Part shown: positions 12,097 to 24,140 of the stretch, piece by piece
Numbering within the stretch: the stretch's first letter is position 1
How the letters are laid out: every line of letters starts with the position of its first letter
Assembly (NCBI GenBank): GCA_052327205.1
Contig: CM126222.1
Location: 70,184,001-70,248,000 of the forward strand
Direction: 5' to 3'
DNA: 64,000 bases
DNA from: Somniosus microcephalus
Lineage: Eukaryota
Notes under the pieces: generated by a model
The model's input: the letters and a program-made list of their open reading frames with translations, nothing else
Database searches by the model: none
Told to the model about the DNA's origin: nothing
Program-made: the position numbers and the translations under genes

Positions 12097-13092
12097 TACT
12101 TACTCAGCAAAAGAGCAAAGCAAATAACCCATCATCTTCAATGTTGCCTGCAAACTGTTCTTTTGTGTTGTGACGTACACCAAGCAAGCAAGCACGGTGC
12201 CTAGGTAAACTAGTTAGGTGAGAAATTCTTGCCTTGGATCATAGATGAGGCAAGAAAAATACTAGTGTAATAACACGATAATTATCACTCATTAAAAAAG
12301 GTGGGCAAGTTTTTGTTGCAACAGAAATTTGAGGATTACAGGATAAGGCGAGGATAAAACAAATCTGAAACTGGGTTTGAAGTGGAATTCTAATTGGGAA
12401 CTGTGGTTAAGCTGGAATGGAGTTGAGGATTGGGAGGGAAATGAACGTCTAGGACTCTGATCCAGTGGTCGTGATTCTAGACAAATGTGCCAGACGAGCC
12501 AAGTGGAACTTTCTCATTCCTTATATGCATCGTGACAAAGGGTTCACTTTCTAAGTTGGGCATCATTCACTATATCCGGTAGTGTGAACAGGAGCAAAGT
12601 GCTCCAGTATTTGGAACAAATGACAATCAGCTTGCATTACTGTAAAACATGCAGCTCGGTTTAGAGGCTCATATTTCAGAGATTGTGGTCTTGGACCCAG
12701 CAGATTATTTGCAGTTCTTTCACATGAAAGGAATACGGATGTCACATGACTTAGGTGACACTCATGTTAATATTAAAAAATCTGGAGACAATTTAAGAAT
12801 GGAAAGATTTTATTATTTTTACTGGTTTCGCAGTTAAAAACACAAGGAAGCACAGTACAGTGGAATGCGGGTGCACACCCAGGTTACTAAACTTCCAATC
12901 TTTCCTGCATCGACTGGAGGCAAAACCAAACATTGAGTAAATGCCAGGCGTGACCCTACAGGAAAGCAGAGAAAAGACCATGTCCAGGATACTGGCTCAC
13001 ACTTCTTGGCAGATGAGTAGGAGCATCCTCTCAGCTGTGACTGATACACAGCACAGGAAAACCCAATCAGCAAAGGGAAGAGGATAAGAGCC

Positions 13093-13462
13093 TAAGAAAT
13101 AGGAGCAATATTAGGCCATATGGGCCCTCGAGCCTGCTCCGCCAGTCAATAAGATTATGGCTGAACTTCTCCATCAACTCCACTTTCCCGCCCTATTCCC
13201 ATATCCCTCGATTCCCTTAGTGTCCAGAAATCTATCGACCTCTGTCTTGAACATACTCATCGACTGAGCCTCCTCTGGGGTAGAGAATTCCAAAAATTCA
13301 CAACCCTCAGTGAAGAAATGTCTCTTCATCTCAGTCCTAAATGGCCAACCCCTTATCCTGAGGCTATGAACCCTAGTTCTAGACTCTCCAGCCAGGTAAA
13401 AACAGCTGCTCAGCATCTACCCTGTCAAGCCCTCTAAGAATTTTATATGTTTCATTGAGATT
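13093..13462 (-). mobile_element. CR1 3' fragment (type A)
   Basis: Peptide LAGESRTRVHSLRIRGWPFRTEMKRHFF plus CR1 3' UTR. Confidence 0.88.
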
Positions 13463-14024
13463 GTACGCTTCAGAGAGGTAGGATAGCTTGAAGGGGAGCA
13501 TTTCCATAAAGAAAAAAAGTAATTCAACTCATAACATCCAAAAGCACATAATCTACTCAGCCCTTTAGATTAAAGTTAAGTCAAATTATTTCTCATATCC
13601 CACTGTGGCCCTGCAGCCAAATTCATGCTAACAACAAAGCTTAAGTGACCAATGAAAGCAACTTTTAAAAAAAATTCAAATCGTGGGTTCAACTTTCAAT
13701 GTAGTCATGAATTGCCCCCTAGTCCTAATGTTACAAAAAATAAATATCTTTGTACATCTCCTTGTTACTGTGTCCCGTGCTTCCAAACTACTGGTTTGCA
13801 TCAACACTGTTGAGCAGACATTTTTTTGAGAGATCTTTTCCCTGATCTGTTATAAAGTTCAGGTTTTCACTGCAGTGGAGCTTCAATTGTTGCATCAAGG
13901 GGAAATCCACATAAAATGGATACTCCCAAGGATGCCGAGACCAAGAATACAGTGACAAATGTTTATGAAGCTCAAAAATAAGTGTGTGGACATCTACCCG
14001 CAAAACATAATTGTGTGCAACAAA

Positions 14025-14237
14025 AAGAAAAATACTACAAATGCTGGAAATCTGAAATAACAACAGAAAATGCTGTAAACATTCAGCCGGTCAGGCAGCA
14101 TCTGTGGAGAGAGCAAGGTAGGGTTAATGTTTCAGGTCTGAATATAGGTCATTGACCTGAAACATTAACCCGACCTTCCTCTCACCACAAAGGTTGCCTA
14201 ATCTGCCGAGTGTTCACAGCATTTTCTGTTTTTATTT
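14025..14237. mobile_element. Palindromic Penelope-like terminal-repeat remnant
   Basis: Arms ~14055-14138 and 14154-14237 are inverted copies of the motif also present at 21600-21700, 39650-39740 and 49328-49400. Confidence 0.7.
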
Positions 14238-14704
14238 AGTTATATGAAACTTTGGCACAAGGCACTTTCCCTTTAATCGAAGTGTTTGTTATTAATGAAC
14301 ATACACTATTAAAAAGCGAGGAGAGAGAATTACAAAAAAAAAATAAAAAGAGCAAGTTCTTAAGCTATTAAAGCTTGGCTTAAAGATTATCTTTTTTTAT
14401 TTCTCCCTCAGATCAAAAATTTGCTTGGAACCTGCAAACTGAAACCTTGTCTGTCTGTGCAAAATTAAAGAGAGACCATCTCGGAAAATAATTACAAATC
14501 AATGAAGAGCAAACGAGTGCTAGCGAAAGCATTCTTGTTTTAGCAACTTCAGGTTAATTAAACACTAAATCCTAAAACCCAAAGTAGTTCCACTTTTAAC
14601 ATTTGCTCAAAGAGCTATTTACTAGTAGCAGGTTGCAACATTTTATAATTGCTTCAATTTCTCACCAAACTTCTCAAACATCTATATTACCACTTATTTC
14701 TTAC

Positions 14705-14789
14705 CCGTCTGGCAAGTCATTATCAAACAAACGACTGCAATCCACCACAGGACCTCCACTGCCTATCCGGTCCCTAGACTGAAGGCTTA
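14705..14789 (-). CDS. SMURF2: SMURF2 exon 6 equivalent: SLQSRDRIGSGGPVVDCSRLFDNDLPD(G); 85 nt
   Basis: Acceptor tattacag, donor gtaaga; visible at the end of ORF 14701..14976; phase 1-2. Confidence 0.96.
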
Positions 14790-14967
14790 CTGTAATAGAT
14801 AAACAAGAAGTCAGTTCAGTCAATTTATTTTTGTACATTTTCTGCTCATTTAGAAACACACAAATAAATAAAGATACTGTAAATACATTAAATAAACAAA
14901 TAAATAAAACAAACAGATTTTCTCTCTTCTTCTGGTTCCCCAGTGCCAAATGCCATTCTTCAACCAA

Positions 14968-15255
14968 GAGGAACATAGGAACAGGAGGAGGCCATTCAGC
15001 CTCTCAAGCCTGTTCCGCCATTCAATTAGATCATGGCTGATCTGTACCTCAACTCCATTTACTTGCCTTTGTTCCATATTCCTTGATACACCTACCCAAC
15101 AAAAATCTATCAATCCAAGTCTTGAAAATTTCAACTACCCCAGGATCCACAGCCTTTTGGGGGAGAAAGTTCCAGATTTTCACTACCCTCTGCGTTAAAA
15201 AATGCTTCCGGATTTCACTCTTAAATGGCCCGTTTCTAATTTTAAGATTACGCTC
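14968..15255 (-). mobile_element. CR1 3' fragment
   Basis: Peptide NLKIRNGPFKSEIRKHFLTQRVVKIWNFLPQKAV plus 3' UTR. Confidence 0.85.
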
Positions 15256-15573
15256 TCTTTTTCTGCATTCCCCAGGCAAATGTTCCGTTCCCAGCCTTTG
15301 CACCAATCTTCAATTACTACAAAGTATTCCAGGCTGATTCGCCCGGAGATTTATTTTCACCTGCAGAAAATCACGTTGCCTTCTCTTATTGAGTGATACC
15401 TCTCGCCAAGTGAGATCAGAAGATCACTGCACGGTGATCACTCGCACAAATGTCAATCCTGTGACATACCATTATAAAGACAGAAGTGCATTAAGCCTCT
15501 ACACCATTGAGTGCTTAAATATTTCAATGCCAAGTATTCCAACAATTACCTTTATTACATTTTTCATACATAC

Positions 15574-15639
15574 CTACTATCTGCCCCCTTACTGTATCAT
15601 TGTCGTTAGGGCTCAGTTTGCATAGATCCAGTCTCTGAT
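15574..15639 (-). CDS. SMURF2: SMURF2 exon 5 equivalent: (Y)QRLDLCKLSPNDNDTVRGQIV(V); 66 nt, phase 1-1
   Basis: Acceptor ttttccacag, donor gtatgt; the PNDNDTVRG segment is SMURF2-type. Confidence 0.96.
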
Positions 15640-17386
15640 CTGTGGAAAATGAAAATTTCTCATTATCTGTTTTCTCTTAGAAATATTCAGCATTGTCACT
15701 CGTGATTCAGACTAATTGAAGCTTTTGCCAAAGATAACAGCACACAGACAGTTTTTAAACCAGTAAGTGCTAAGCATTCTGTAGTCTCGAACAGGAGCTA
15801 ACTTTTAACTTCATGCCATAACTCCTTTGAACTTCAGTGATTACAATGGGTGCATAACTACAATTACATATACTTCAAACAGAAAGCCTTGATTTCACAA
15901 ACTGTTGTTGAAAATCTGGAGTGAATCTCCTGGTGAATGGGAACTACACTGCAATATATTAATAAGGAAAACATAATTTAAGTGGGAGGGAAAGAGAGGG
16001 AGAAATGTAAAAAAAACACAAAATAGCTGGCAGCACGATGGTGGAATATATTGGAGCAACAATGTGCAGCAATGATGGGATGCACCTCAATGGTGTTCCT
16101 GATCTCCACCATATGACTATAGGAAGGAAGAAGGGTACAAAAAAAGCTTCACAGGAAGGGTCACCCCCCTTACTACTTCGCACATTTCCCAGCGAGTAGT
16201 TTGTAGCAGCAATTGCAGAAACCTGGGAGCAGCCTGCAGTTGGCAGGTCACTCGGGGACACCAGGAGAGAAAGAGAAGCGAAAAGGAAGGAGTTTCCCAC
16301 AGAAAAAACATTGACAAAGCATTCTAATTCCTGAGATTTATGTATATAATATTGTTTTAGTTTGAGTCACAACCTATTTATATGATCAGGGACTTCATTA
16401 TCATAGAGTTTAGAACTTCAATATTAGAGACTCTTCGAACACAACAATAAGGTTTCCACGAGTGCACTATGGAGTTAGTATTACAGCAAATAGAGCATTA
16501 TTTTGCACAATGGGTGCTCTTAAATGCAAAGTGCCCATGACCCTTGCAATTAAAATCAACCTTTTGACGAATTCTTCACAAGTATTTGGTAATAACTTAA
16601 GAACTTAATCAATCACTCTACTTCAGCAAAACAAAAATTGGGAGGGGGGTGGAAAGAAAGGGGGGAACCAAGTATAGGGCCAATCATTGGGAATGACACC
16701 ACATTCACAAGTTAACATTTTAGGACCTTGAAGAAGCAGATGGAAGAGGGGGAGTAGAAGAGCACAGATTAATTAATCTGAATTCAGTTTTGAAATTGAA
16801 CAACAGTATGAATCCATCCATTTTCCCCTAGTCCCCTTCAGCCACACTGGGCTACACAGCACATACGGCTGAGACAACAGGTAAATGCCTCCAGGAGTCA
16901 CAACAGCAACCCGGCAACTGCTTCCTCCTTTGGGGAGGTCCCTAGAAGCCATTTGACGCCGCCCACAGCAGTGCAACAGACTGACAATTTGGCAAAAGGG
17001 AACTGAATCCATTTCCTTCCATTCATTCTTGCTGGACATCAGTACTCAAATGATGTACTTTTAAAAAAAAAACTTAATATTTCAACGTTGCAGAGCAACT
17101 TTAAGCTGATGAACAATCCAAAAGTGTCAGAGAAACAAATAATTCACATTATTCATGCCTCTCAACCTGCAAAGTGTTGAAAGGGTGAAATTCAGGTCAA
17201 TGTTTGGTGCAGGTGTACAGGGTTCTATGCAAGTGGAAAATCAGTTTGCTCTTGCTTTCTCAATGATCAAGGCTTTACCAATTAAAATGGGACAGTTGAG
17301 AGTTATGATACTGGTAAAGATTTTTTAAAAATATGATCTAGACTATCATCAAATTTGTTCTTAGTCTTTAAACTGTTTATACTCAC

Positions 17387-17520
17387 AACCGGTATCTTTA
17401 AGGCGATTGATGGCATTGGAAAGGAGTCGCACACAGCCAAGGAAACCAGCACCCTGTTTTTTGTGGATTTTCTTGTGATTCCAAACGCTGATGGTTATAG
17501 AATCTGATCTCCCAATATAT
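17387..17520 (-). CDS. SMURF2: SMURF2 exon 4 equivalent: YIGRSDSITISVWNHKKIHKKQGAGFLGCVRLLSNAINRLKDTG; 134 nt
   Basis: Acceptor gtttccag, donor gtgagt; translation matches the SMURF2 C2 domain; phase 2-1. Confidence 0.97.
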
Positions 17521-17741
17521 CTGGAAACAATACAAGAGGTACTAGAATCAGATCAGATATTCATATAATATTCTACTTGTATTGTTTTGATCAAAGTTGA
17601 CTTCAAAAGAAAAGCAAACAGATGACTCCTATTTTTCCTTTTACACTCCTCCCTCCACCGCACCCCCCCCCCACCACTTTTTGGTTTCTCTATTCCACAA
17701 ACCATTCAAGGCAGTAGGCAAATAACGCAGCCCAGCCCTCT

Positions 17742-18310
17742 ATAGGAACATAGGCATAGTAGTAGGCTGCTCAGCCCTTCGATTCGGTTCTTCCATTTAA
17801 TGAGATCATGGCTGACCTGTATCCTAACTATGACCCACCTTGGCTGCATAACCCTCAATACTCTTGACTAGCAAAAATCTATCGATCTCAGATTTAAAAT
17901 GATTAATTGAGCTAGCATCTACTGCTTGTTGTGGCGGAGAGTTCCATATTTCTACCACCGTGTGTGTGAAGAAGTGTTTCCTAACTTCTCTCCTTAATGG
18001 CCTGGTTCTGATTTTAAGGTCATGTCCCCTTACCCTGGACTCCCCCACCAGCGGAAAATGTTTCTCTCTATCAACCCCATCAATTCCTATCAAAATTCTA
18101 AAAGCCTCAATAAAAGCACCCCATAACCTTCTATATTCCAGGGAATACAATCCTAGCTTACGTAATCTCTCCTCATAACTTAACCTTTGGAGCCCTGGTA
18201 ACATTCTGATGAATCTTCCAAGACTAATATATCCTTTCTACAGTGCATTGCCCAGAACTGTACACAGTACTCCAGATGTGGTCTAACCAGGGCTTTGTAT
18301 AGCTGTAGCA
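17742..18310 (-). mobile_element. CR1 3' fragment
   Basis: ORF 17824..18204 [27 protein letters not shown] is the CR1 ORF2 C-terminus. Confidence 0.9.
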
Positions 18311-18429
18311 CCAATGCAGAGAAGTGCAGCAGAATATTATCGCCCCGAACAACCTACAATTTTTTTTAAAAACCAATTTGCACACCTCCTTTGCTTCCTC
18401 TCCTGAATTCATCAACTGCTGCTGTGGCA

Positions 18430-18750
18430 CAGTTTGATGGTGCCCAAAAGGCCATTCTTTCTGGAGGCTAGACAGTGAATGCAGGCTATGTAACAGTGGG
18501 CAGGATCATAGCCAAGTCTGATGCTATCCTATCCTACCCTCAGCTGACACTGAAACAAGTGGACTTTCTGGCAGGATGACACTGGACAGCAATCAGAAAG
18601 AGAAGCTCTGACTGATGTTCCTCTCCGCATCCCAAGGATACGGAGAACAACTGCCACACCATCTGAGATAAATTAACTAACAGACTAGGACTCAAACCTG
18701 GAATTGTATGCTCATTTAGATGCTGATTTACCAACTGAACTATTGAGGGA
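18430..18750 (-). mobile_element. Old tRNA-derived SINE (AmnSINE2/Nin-like, tentative)
   Basis: Shares blocks with the 5140-5470 copy (ggccattctt, ggctagacagtga, gcaggcta). Confidence 0.55.
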
Positions 18751-19141
18751 ATCTATTTTCTTCCCTTTTACTGTATCGGATTGACTAAAGAGTTTTCACA
18801 ATGTCACTTTAATAAAACTATGTCAAGAGTTAGTGTTACTAACAAGGATAGATTGGGCTCCTTATACTTGGCTGCATGCTATGATTTTAACTGCAATACC
18901 TTTATCACAACTTCTACTTTCAATGGGAGGACTCGAAGCTAAGAAACAGCACACAAATGCTGGAGTTTCTGTATTGAGCCTCAGAAACATTGTAAAGATA
19001 GTTTCCCCAATCGAGCTATCAGCCACCGCTCCACAAGAGCTTTAAAAACATTTTTGTTTGAAAGTTTTTTAAAATTAAATGCAGAGGATTTTTACAGGAG
19101 TACTTAAGTCCATTGCAGGGCCTATTGTGGATTGCATATTG

Positions 19142-19285
19142 TAGAATCATAGACTGATGCAGCACAGAAGGCGGCCATTCGGCTTATTGTGTCTTTGAAA
19201 GATTTATTCAACTAGTTCCATCCCCCAGTCCTTTCCCTATAGCCCTGCAAATTATGCCCCTTCAAGTATTCCCTTTTGAAAGTTA
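19142..19285 (-). mobile_element. CR1 type B tail fragment
   Basis: tagaatcatagactgatgcagcacagaaggcggccattcggc ... ttccctatagccctgcaaatt. Confidence 0.75.
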
Positions 19286-21260
19286 CATCAGTTAATTATG
19301 TACAGGTTGACTGAAACCTCAAAACGTTTCCTGTATAATCTAATCTAATCCTGGAATAAGGGGCGGGCCCATGTTGTCAGAAGCAGTAAGAGTAAATACT
19401 GTAAAGCCAGTTTAGCAGTGTTATCTAAATCCCAAGACTAGATTGCAGCCTTCTACTAGCATGCTGCAATATCTGGTATATTTTACAATACATACAATTT
19501 ATATATGCATACACATATATAGTAACAGATAGCTACGAATTCCAAAACTGTAATTCAATCAAGGATTTTGATAACGTCAAACAGTCAGTGAAGTCAGATG
19601 CCTGAATCTGAATTACCACCTTGTAGTTCACGGACAGCTATTTTTGTACACAGCTATTTTTGTACACAATGTATACTAAACGGTTTATTTCAAACAGTAA
19701 TAAAGCTGATTGAGGTATATGATCTGAAGGTTAAAGACACCTCAGAGGGGGTGTTGTAAGGTTTCAATAATACATGCAAAACTACTTGTTTTTTTTTTTT
19801 AAAAAAGGTATTAACAAATATATATGTTAACACTCTTGACAGGAATTCTTCCCCTCAGAGTCTCAACAGTGAATGGTACACATTAATGACCATTAATAGT
19901 AAAATCTTGAGCTGATGATCCATTCCTTTATTGGGCAATCATTTTTTTTTTTATTGGCAACCCATTTACAACAAATAGAAATTGAAATCGAACACAGCAC
20001 AAATAAAACTAACGTACAAACATCATACTGTTACAAAAGACTTGGGAATGATTTTCACAATAAACATGAATATCCTTCACATTCATCACGTTTGTCACTG
20101 AGGCATTTATTTTTAATCATTGTTTAAATGAGCAGAACCACACTGAATCAAGTCAGATAAATACCAGTATTTTTCTTTAAATCAACAATATATTGCAGTG
20201 TCTTTCAATTGCATGGAACACCTGCCTCAAACACCCTTTTATGAAGTTGCCTCGCGTTTATTGGCTGCAACTTCAATCCTAGGGAAGGGTAATCATGCAG
20301 GAATGACCATGGGCACCTGTCAAATTCCCACAAAAAGCAAGAGAACACTCTCCTGTTTGGTTGGATGATGCAGGACTGGAAAGAATTTTCAACTTTCTTG
20401 TGAAATAAATTGCATGTAAAGAGTGAGGTGGGCATTCACATTCATATGAATTGGCCCATATTCCCAACGTCATAAAAAGTGAACTATCTGCACAATTACT
20501 GACTTCTCTTCAGTCACCGTGCTACAAAATCCTATGTACTTCAGATCTAGTGCTTGGAGGAAGCCAACAATATATATTTTGTGTAGGTACACCCCCACTT
20601 CCTAAAATAAATCCTGAAGTTCCGCTTTAATGACATAATGATTTGATTTTTTGGGGATTTTTTTTGATGACATAAAAGCAAAATCTTCGCCAGCCAGCAC
20701 CTTTTTTTGTTCAATTTTCTTCCCCCACCCCCCCTGCCTCACCCCCAACCTGGAGTTATTGCACCATTGTTAATAACATTGTCATTGTAGCAGAACTTCA
20801 TGTCATCAGTGTTCAATTAAGTTATTTTATAACATTTGGGATTAGATAAAAATTCAGTGGAATACATCTCCCTTGTTAACTCTGCGAATGGCGAGATAAA
20901 CTACCAGTTAAATGAAACATTATAGCGGATTTCTCCACCTCCACAACAAATTTAAAGATAATGGATTTCCAGGAAACAACCATTTTTAGAAACTATGGTT
21001 AAAGATTCACTTAGTTTTGTGCAGCATACTTTTCATCCAATGTACTAATATATTTAAGTAGTTTAAAGATAGGGATTTACAGAAAACTATCAGACTTACA
21101 ATTATTGGGATCATAATGTCAATCCAATTTGCTGACATCCTTTCCAGTTTGGAACTGATTAAGAGTAGCACAAAGTGTTCAATATTTCCATACGAAACTA
21201 TCAGCAGAACAAAATAGAACGGTGGGCTGTTCTTCTGCTAACATTGAGGTAGTCAAAGAT

Positions 21261-21713
21261 CAGCATCTGCAGTATTTTGCTATCGTACTAGTGTTTGGTT
21301 CACTGCCACACCTCTTCTAGGAATGCCTACCTTGAAGAAGTTTTGCTCTTCTCTTCGACGGGATCTCCGTTTGGCTCTTCAACCTTGTTCATCTTCATTA
21401 CTTAGTTTCCCTTCTCGTGTTTGATCAGGTATCTACCAAGACTCGGTTTCACAGCCACATCATTTTCTCCACGAGTCCTATCACCATCTCGTCTCGTTTT
21501 GAATACCTCTTAATGTCTCTTCTCTTTTGTTCTCTCCCAGCCTGGCCTCTTAATCTATTTCATTTCCTGTGCTTCTTTAGTCTTGACAAAGGGGTCACCC
21601 GAAACGTTGACTCTATTTTCTCTCCACGGATGTTGCCTGGCTTGCTGAGTTTTTCCAGCATTTTCTGTTAGTTCAGATTTCCAGCATCTGCAGTATTTTG
21701 CTATCGTACTAGT
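21261..21713 (+). mobile_element. Internally deleted Penelope-like element with terminal direct repeat and target duplication
   Basis: 32-bp direct repeat CAGCATCTGCAGTATTTTGCTATCGTACTAGT at 21261-21292 and 21682-21713; 14-bp flanking duplication TAGTCAAAGATCAG at 21250-21263 and 21710-21723; frameshifted ORF start MPTLKKFCSSLRRDLRLALQPCS / VSLLVFDQVSTKTRFHSHIIF. Confidence 0.75.
21579..21612 (+). ncRNA. Putative minimal type I hammerhead ribozyme (variant core)
   Basis: AGTC-[TTGACAA]-A-GGG gtca CCC-GAAA-CG-TT-GACT: stem I, core, stem II, GAAA, palindromic ACGT stem III, GUU cleavage triplet. Folded by eye only. Confidence 0.5.
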
Positions 21714-22795
21714 CAAAGATCAGTGCCTTCTGGCACAATGTACTGGAGCACTAATTCCAAGCAAAGGCCAGGCACATACCCAACAGGATAGGGCTGGAGT
21801 CAGAGACCAGATCAACAGCCGAGTCCTGGGAGCAGGTCAGGCAATAGTGGCTTGGCATTAAATGGCAAAAAAAGACTGGCCTACTCCTGCTCCTATTTCT
21901 TATGTTCTTATAAATAGAAACATTTAAAAAACTGGGGTTAAGTTTCCATTGGGGCAATTTTAAAATAGGAACATAGCACTCTTAATACTCCTGGAAGTCT
22001 TTAACACACTTTGTAAATACTCTTGGATTCACCATAATCCAGTACGAATGCAAGGGCTTCTGGGGACCCATGTAGGGGCACCAGACATCAAAATGTGGAT
22101 CTGCCTTCCTCTGCCAACAGAAATACTTCTTTATTCATGTAAATACTGCAACAATTGCATTTCATATAGTGAGTAAATAAAAAGAACACCCCAACAATGG
22201 CAACTCAGTAAACCTCAATAATGAGAGGATCAACAAGCAAGAATTTTCACTTTTATGCAGACCTGCTTTTACAGTAGGATTTAGTTTAGTATTTAAGCTC
22301 TGCTCAAAACTTCTGAATATATTTCTCCTGCTGGCAAGGCAGGAATTTTACTGGTCTGTGTAGAGACAGTTTGAATGAGGTAAGCACTTGTGCTGGCAAC
22401 ATCTCATTTAGAAAATCATTATCACGCTGGTCTTTGTGTCAAAGCAAAGGAGTTGGTTTTTGTCTGGCACAAAATGAAATAACACAAATAATAATTATTC
22501 AAAAGGTCTTCAAGAGGTTCTTGATCAAAGGTCACAAACTTAATTTCACTCATATTAAAGTCAATTTTAAGCATACCTATTGCCCCATTGAAGCAAATCC
22601 AGAGGTTTGAGAAATCACAACTTGAGCAAAGAACAATGATCTTACTCAGCACTGGATCGCTTGATTTGATGATGCAATCTCAGGTTAAGATCTGTAAATA
22701 CTCTAACCTATTCTTCAAAGTTGACATGGTCTCCGCTTCAACCACCAACTCTGGTAGTGCAGTCTATATCCTCACAACCCTCTGTATAAAAAAAA

Positions 22796-23173
22796 GTGGT
22801 GGCATAGTGGTTAGCACTGTTGCCTCACAGCACCAGGGACCCGGGTTCAAATCCGGCCTCAGGTGACTGTCTGTGTGGAGTTTGCACATTCTCCCCGTGT
22901 TTGCGTGGGTTTTCTCCGGGTGCTCCGGTTTCCTCCCACAGTCCAAAGATGTGCGGGTTAGGTTGATTGGCCATGATAAAAAAATTGACCCTTAGTGTGA
23001 GGGGGGGATTAAATATGTGGGGTTACGGGGATCGGGCTTGGGTGGGATGGCTGTCGGTGTAGGGACCGGGTGCTAGGGTTTGGATGATCAGCCATGATCT
23101 CGTTGAATGGCGGAGCAGGCTCGAAGGGCCGAATGGCCTGCTCCTATCTTCTATGTTTTCTATGTTTCTATGT
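22796..23173 (+). mobile_element. HE1-type V-SINE with CR1 type A tail
   Basis: A box tggcatagtgg, B box ggttcaaatcc, V-domain (gtgtggagtttgcacattctccccgtg...ctccggtttcctcccacagtccaaaga), CR1-derived tail ending in tctatgtt repeats. Confidence 0.92.
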
Positions 23174-23237
23174 AATCTTGGTCCTAAATCTCTTACATTT
23201 AATCTTGTGTCTTTTTTACCCCTAGATTTGACTATTT

Positions 23238-23752
23238 CAACGCTCTCCTGGACGACCTTCCACCCTCCATAAACTTGAGCTCACGCAAAACTCGGCTGCC
23301 TGTATCCTAACTTGCACGAAGTCCCGTTCACTCATCACCCCTGAGCTCGGTGTCCTACAATGGCTCACGATCCGGCAATTTTAAAATTCTCATTCTTGCT
23401 TTCAAATCCATCCAGGCCTTGCCCCTCCTTATCTCTCTAATCTCCTTCAGCCCTACAACCCTCCAAGATCTCTGCGCTCCTCCAATTCTGGCCTCTTTTT
23501 CATTGCTCTACCATTGGTGGCCGTGCCTTCAGCTGCCTAGGCCCTAAACTCTGGAATTCCCTCCCTAAACCTCTCCGCCTCCCTCTCCCCTCCAACAAGA
23601 AGCTCCTGAAAACCTACCTCTTTGACCAAGTTTTTGGTCATCTGTCAATATCTCCTTATTTGGCCTGGTATCAAATTTTGTTTGCTAAACGGTCCTGTGA
23701 GCACCTTGGGATATTTTACTACGTTAAAGGCACTATATAAATGCAAGTTGTC
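23238..23752 (+). mobile_element. L2 LINE 3' fragment
   Basis: Degenerate ORF2 end (FKILILAFKSI), ctggaattccctccctaaacctc block and tail aaaggcactatataaatgcaagttg. Confidence 0.85.
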
Positions 23753-23849
23753 ATTAGATCTAGGTCATGTTTACACAGTATCCTGGAGCCACAGAGCAGA
23801 AAGTAATAATAATGGCGATTCCGAACTTTCTCTCGTTAGTTGACAAGCG

Positions 23850-24140
23850 CGCTATTAAATCTCTGTGCATCCAATCACAAACAAGGCAGCATTTGGGGTG
23901 CTACAACTGGCCTCCGCGCTCGTGGGGTTAGGGGAGGGAAGATTTGGCCAAGGTTCCTGCACTTGGTGACCTCTGCTACAATGTGCACATGTGCAAATGT
24001 TGGAGGAAAAAAAGCTAGGTCTCTCCTGATGTCCTACACAGTCGAGCAGCCCACCAACACTTCATTCTCCAGGTTCATACATGAAGAACAGTTACTGGAG
24101 TGAGATACAGAACGACTGCTGTACCCTAGGAAAATTCAGC
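23850..24140 (+). mobile_element. Old SINE (AmnSINE2/Nin-like, tentative)
   Basis: ggggtgctacaactggcctc ... ccaacacttcattctccaggttcatacatgaagaa blocks, as in the 32780 copy. Confidence 0.5.

Noticed and set aside
19635-19670. Short tandem duplications (also ~34800-34836 and ~1198-1218)
   Set aside because: Ordinary slippage duplications with nothing to suggest function.
22796-22870. tRNA gene (also 27770-27839)
   Set aside because: The A and B boxes run directly into a V domain and LINE tail, so these are SINE heads.
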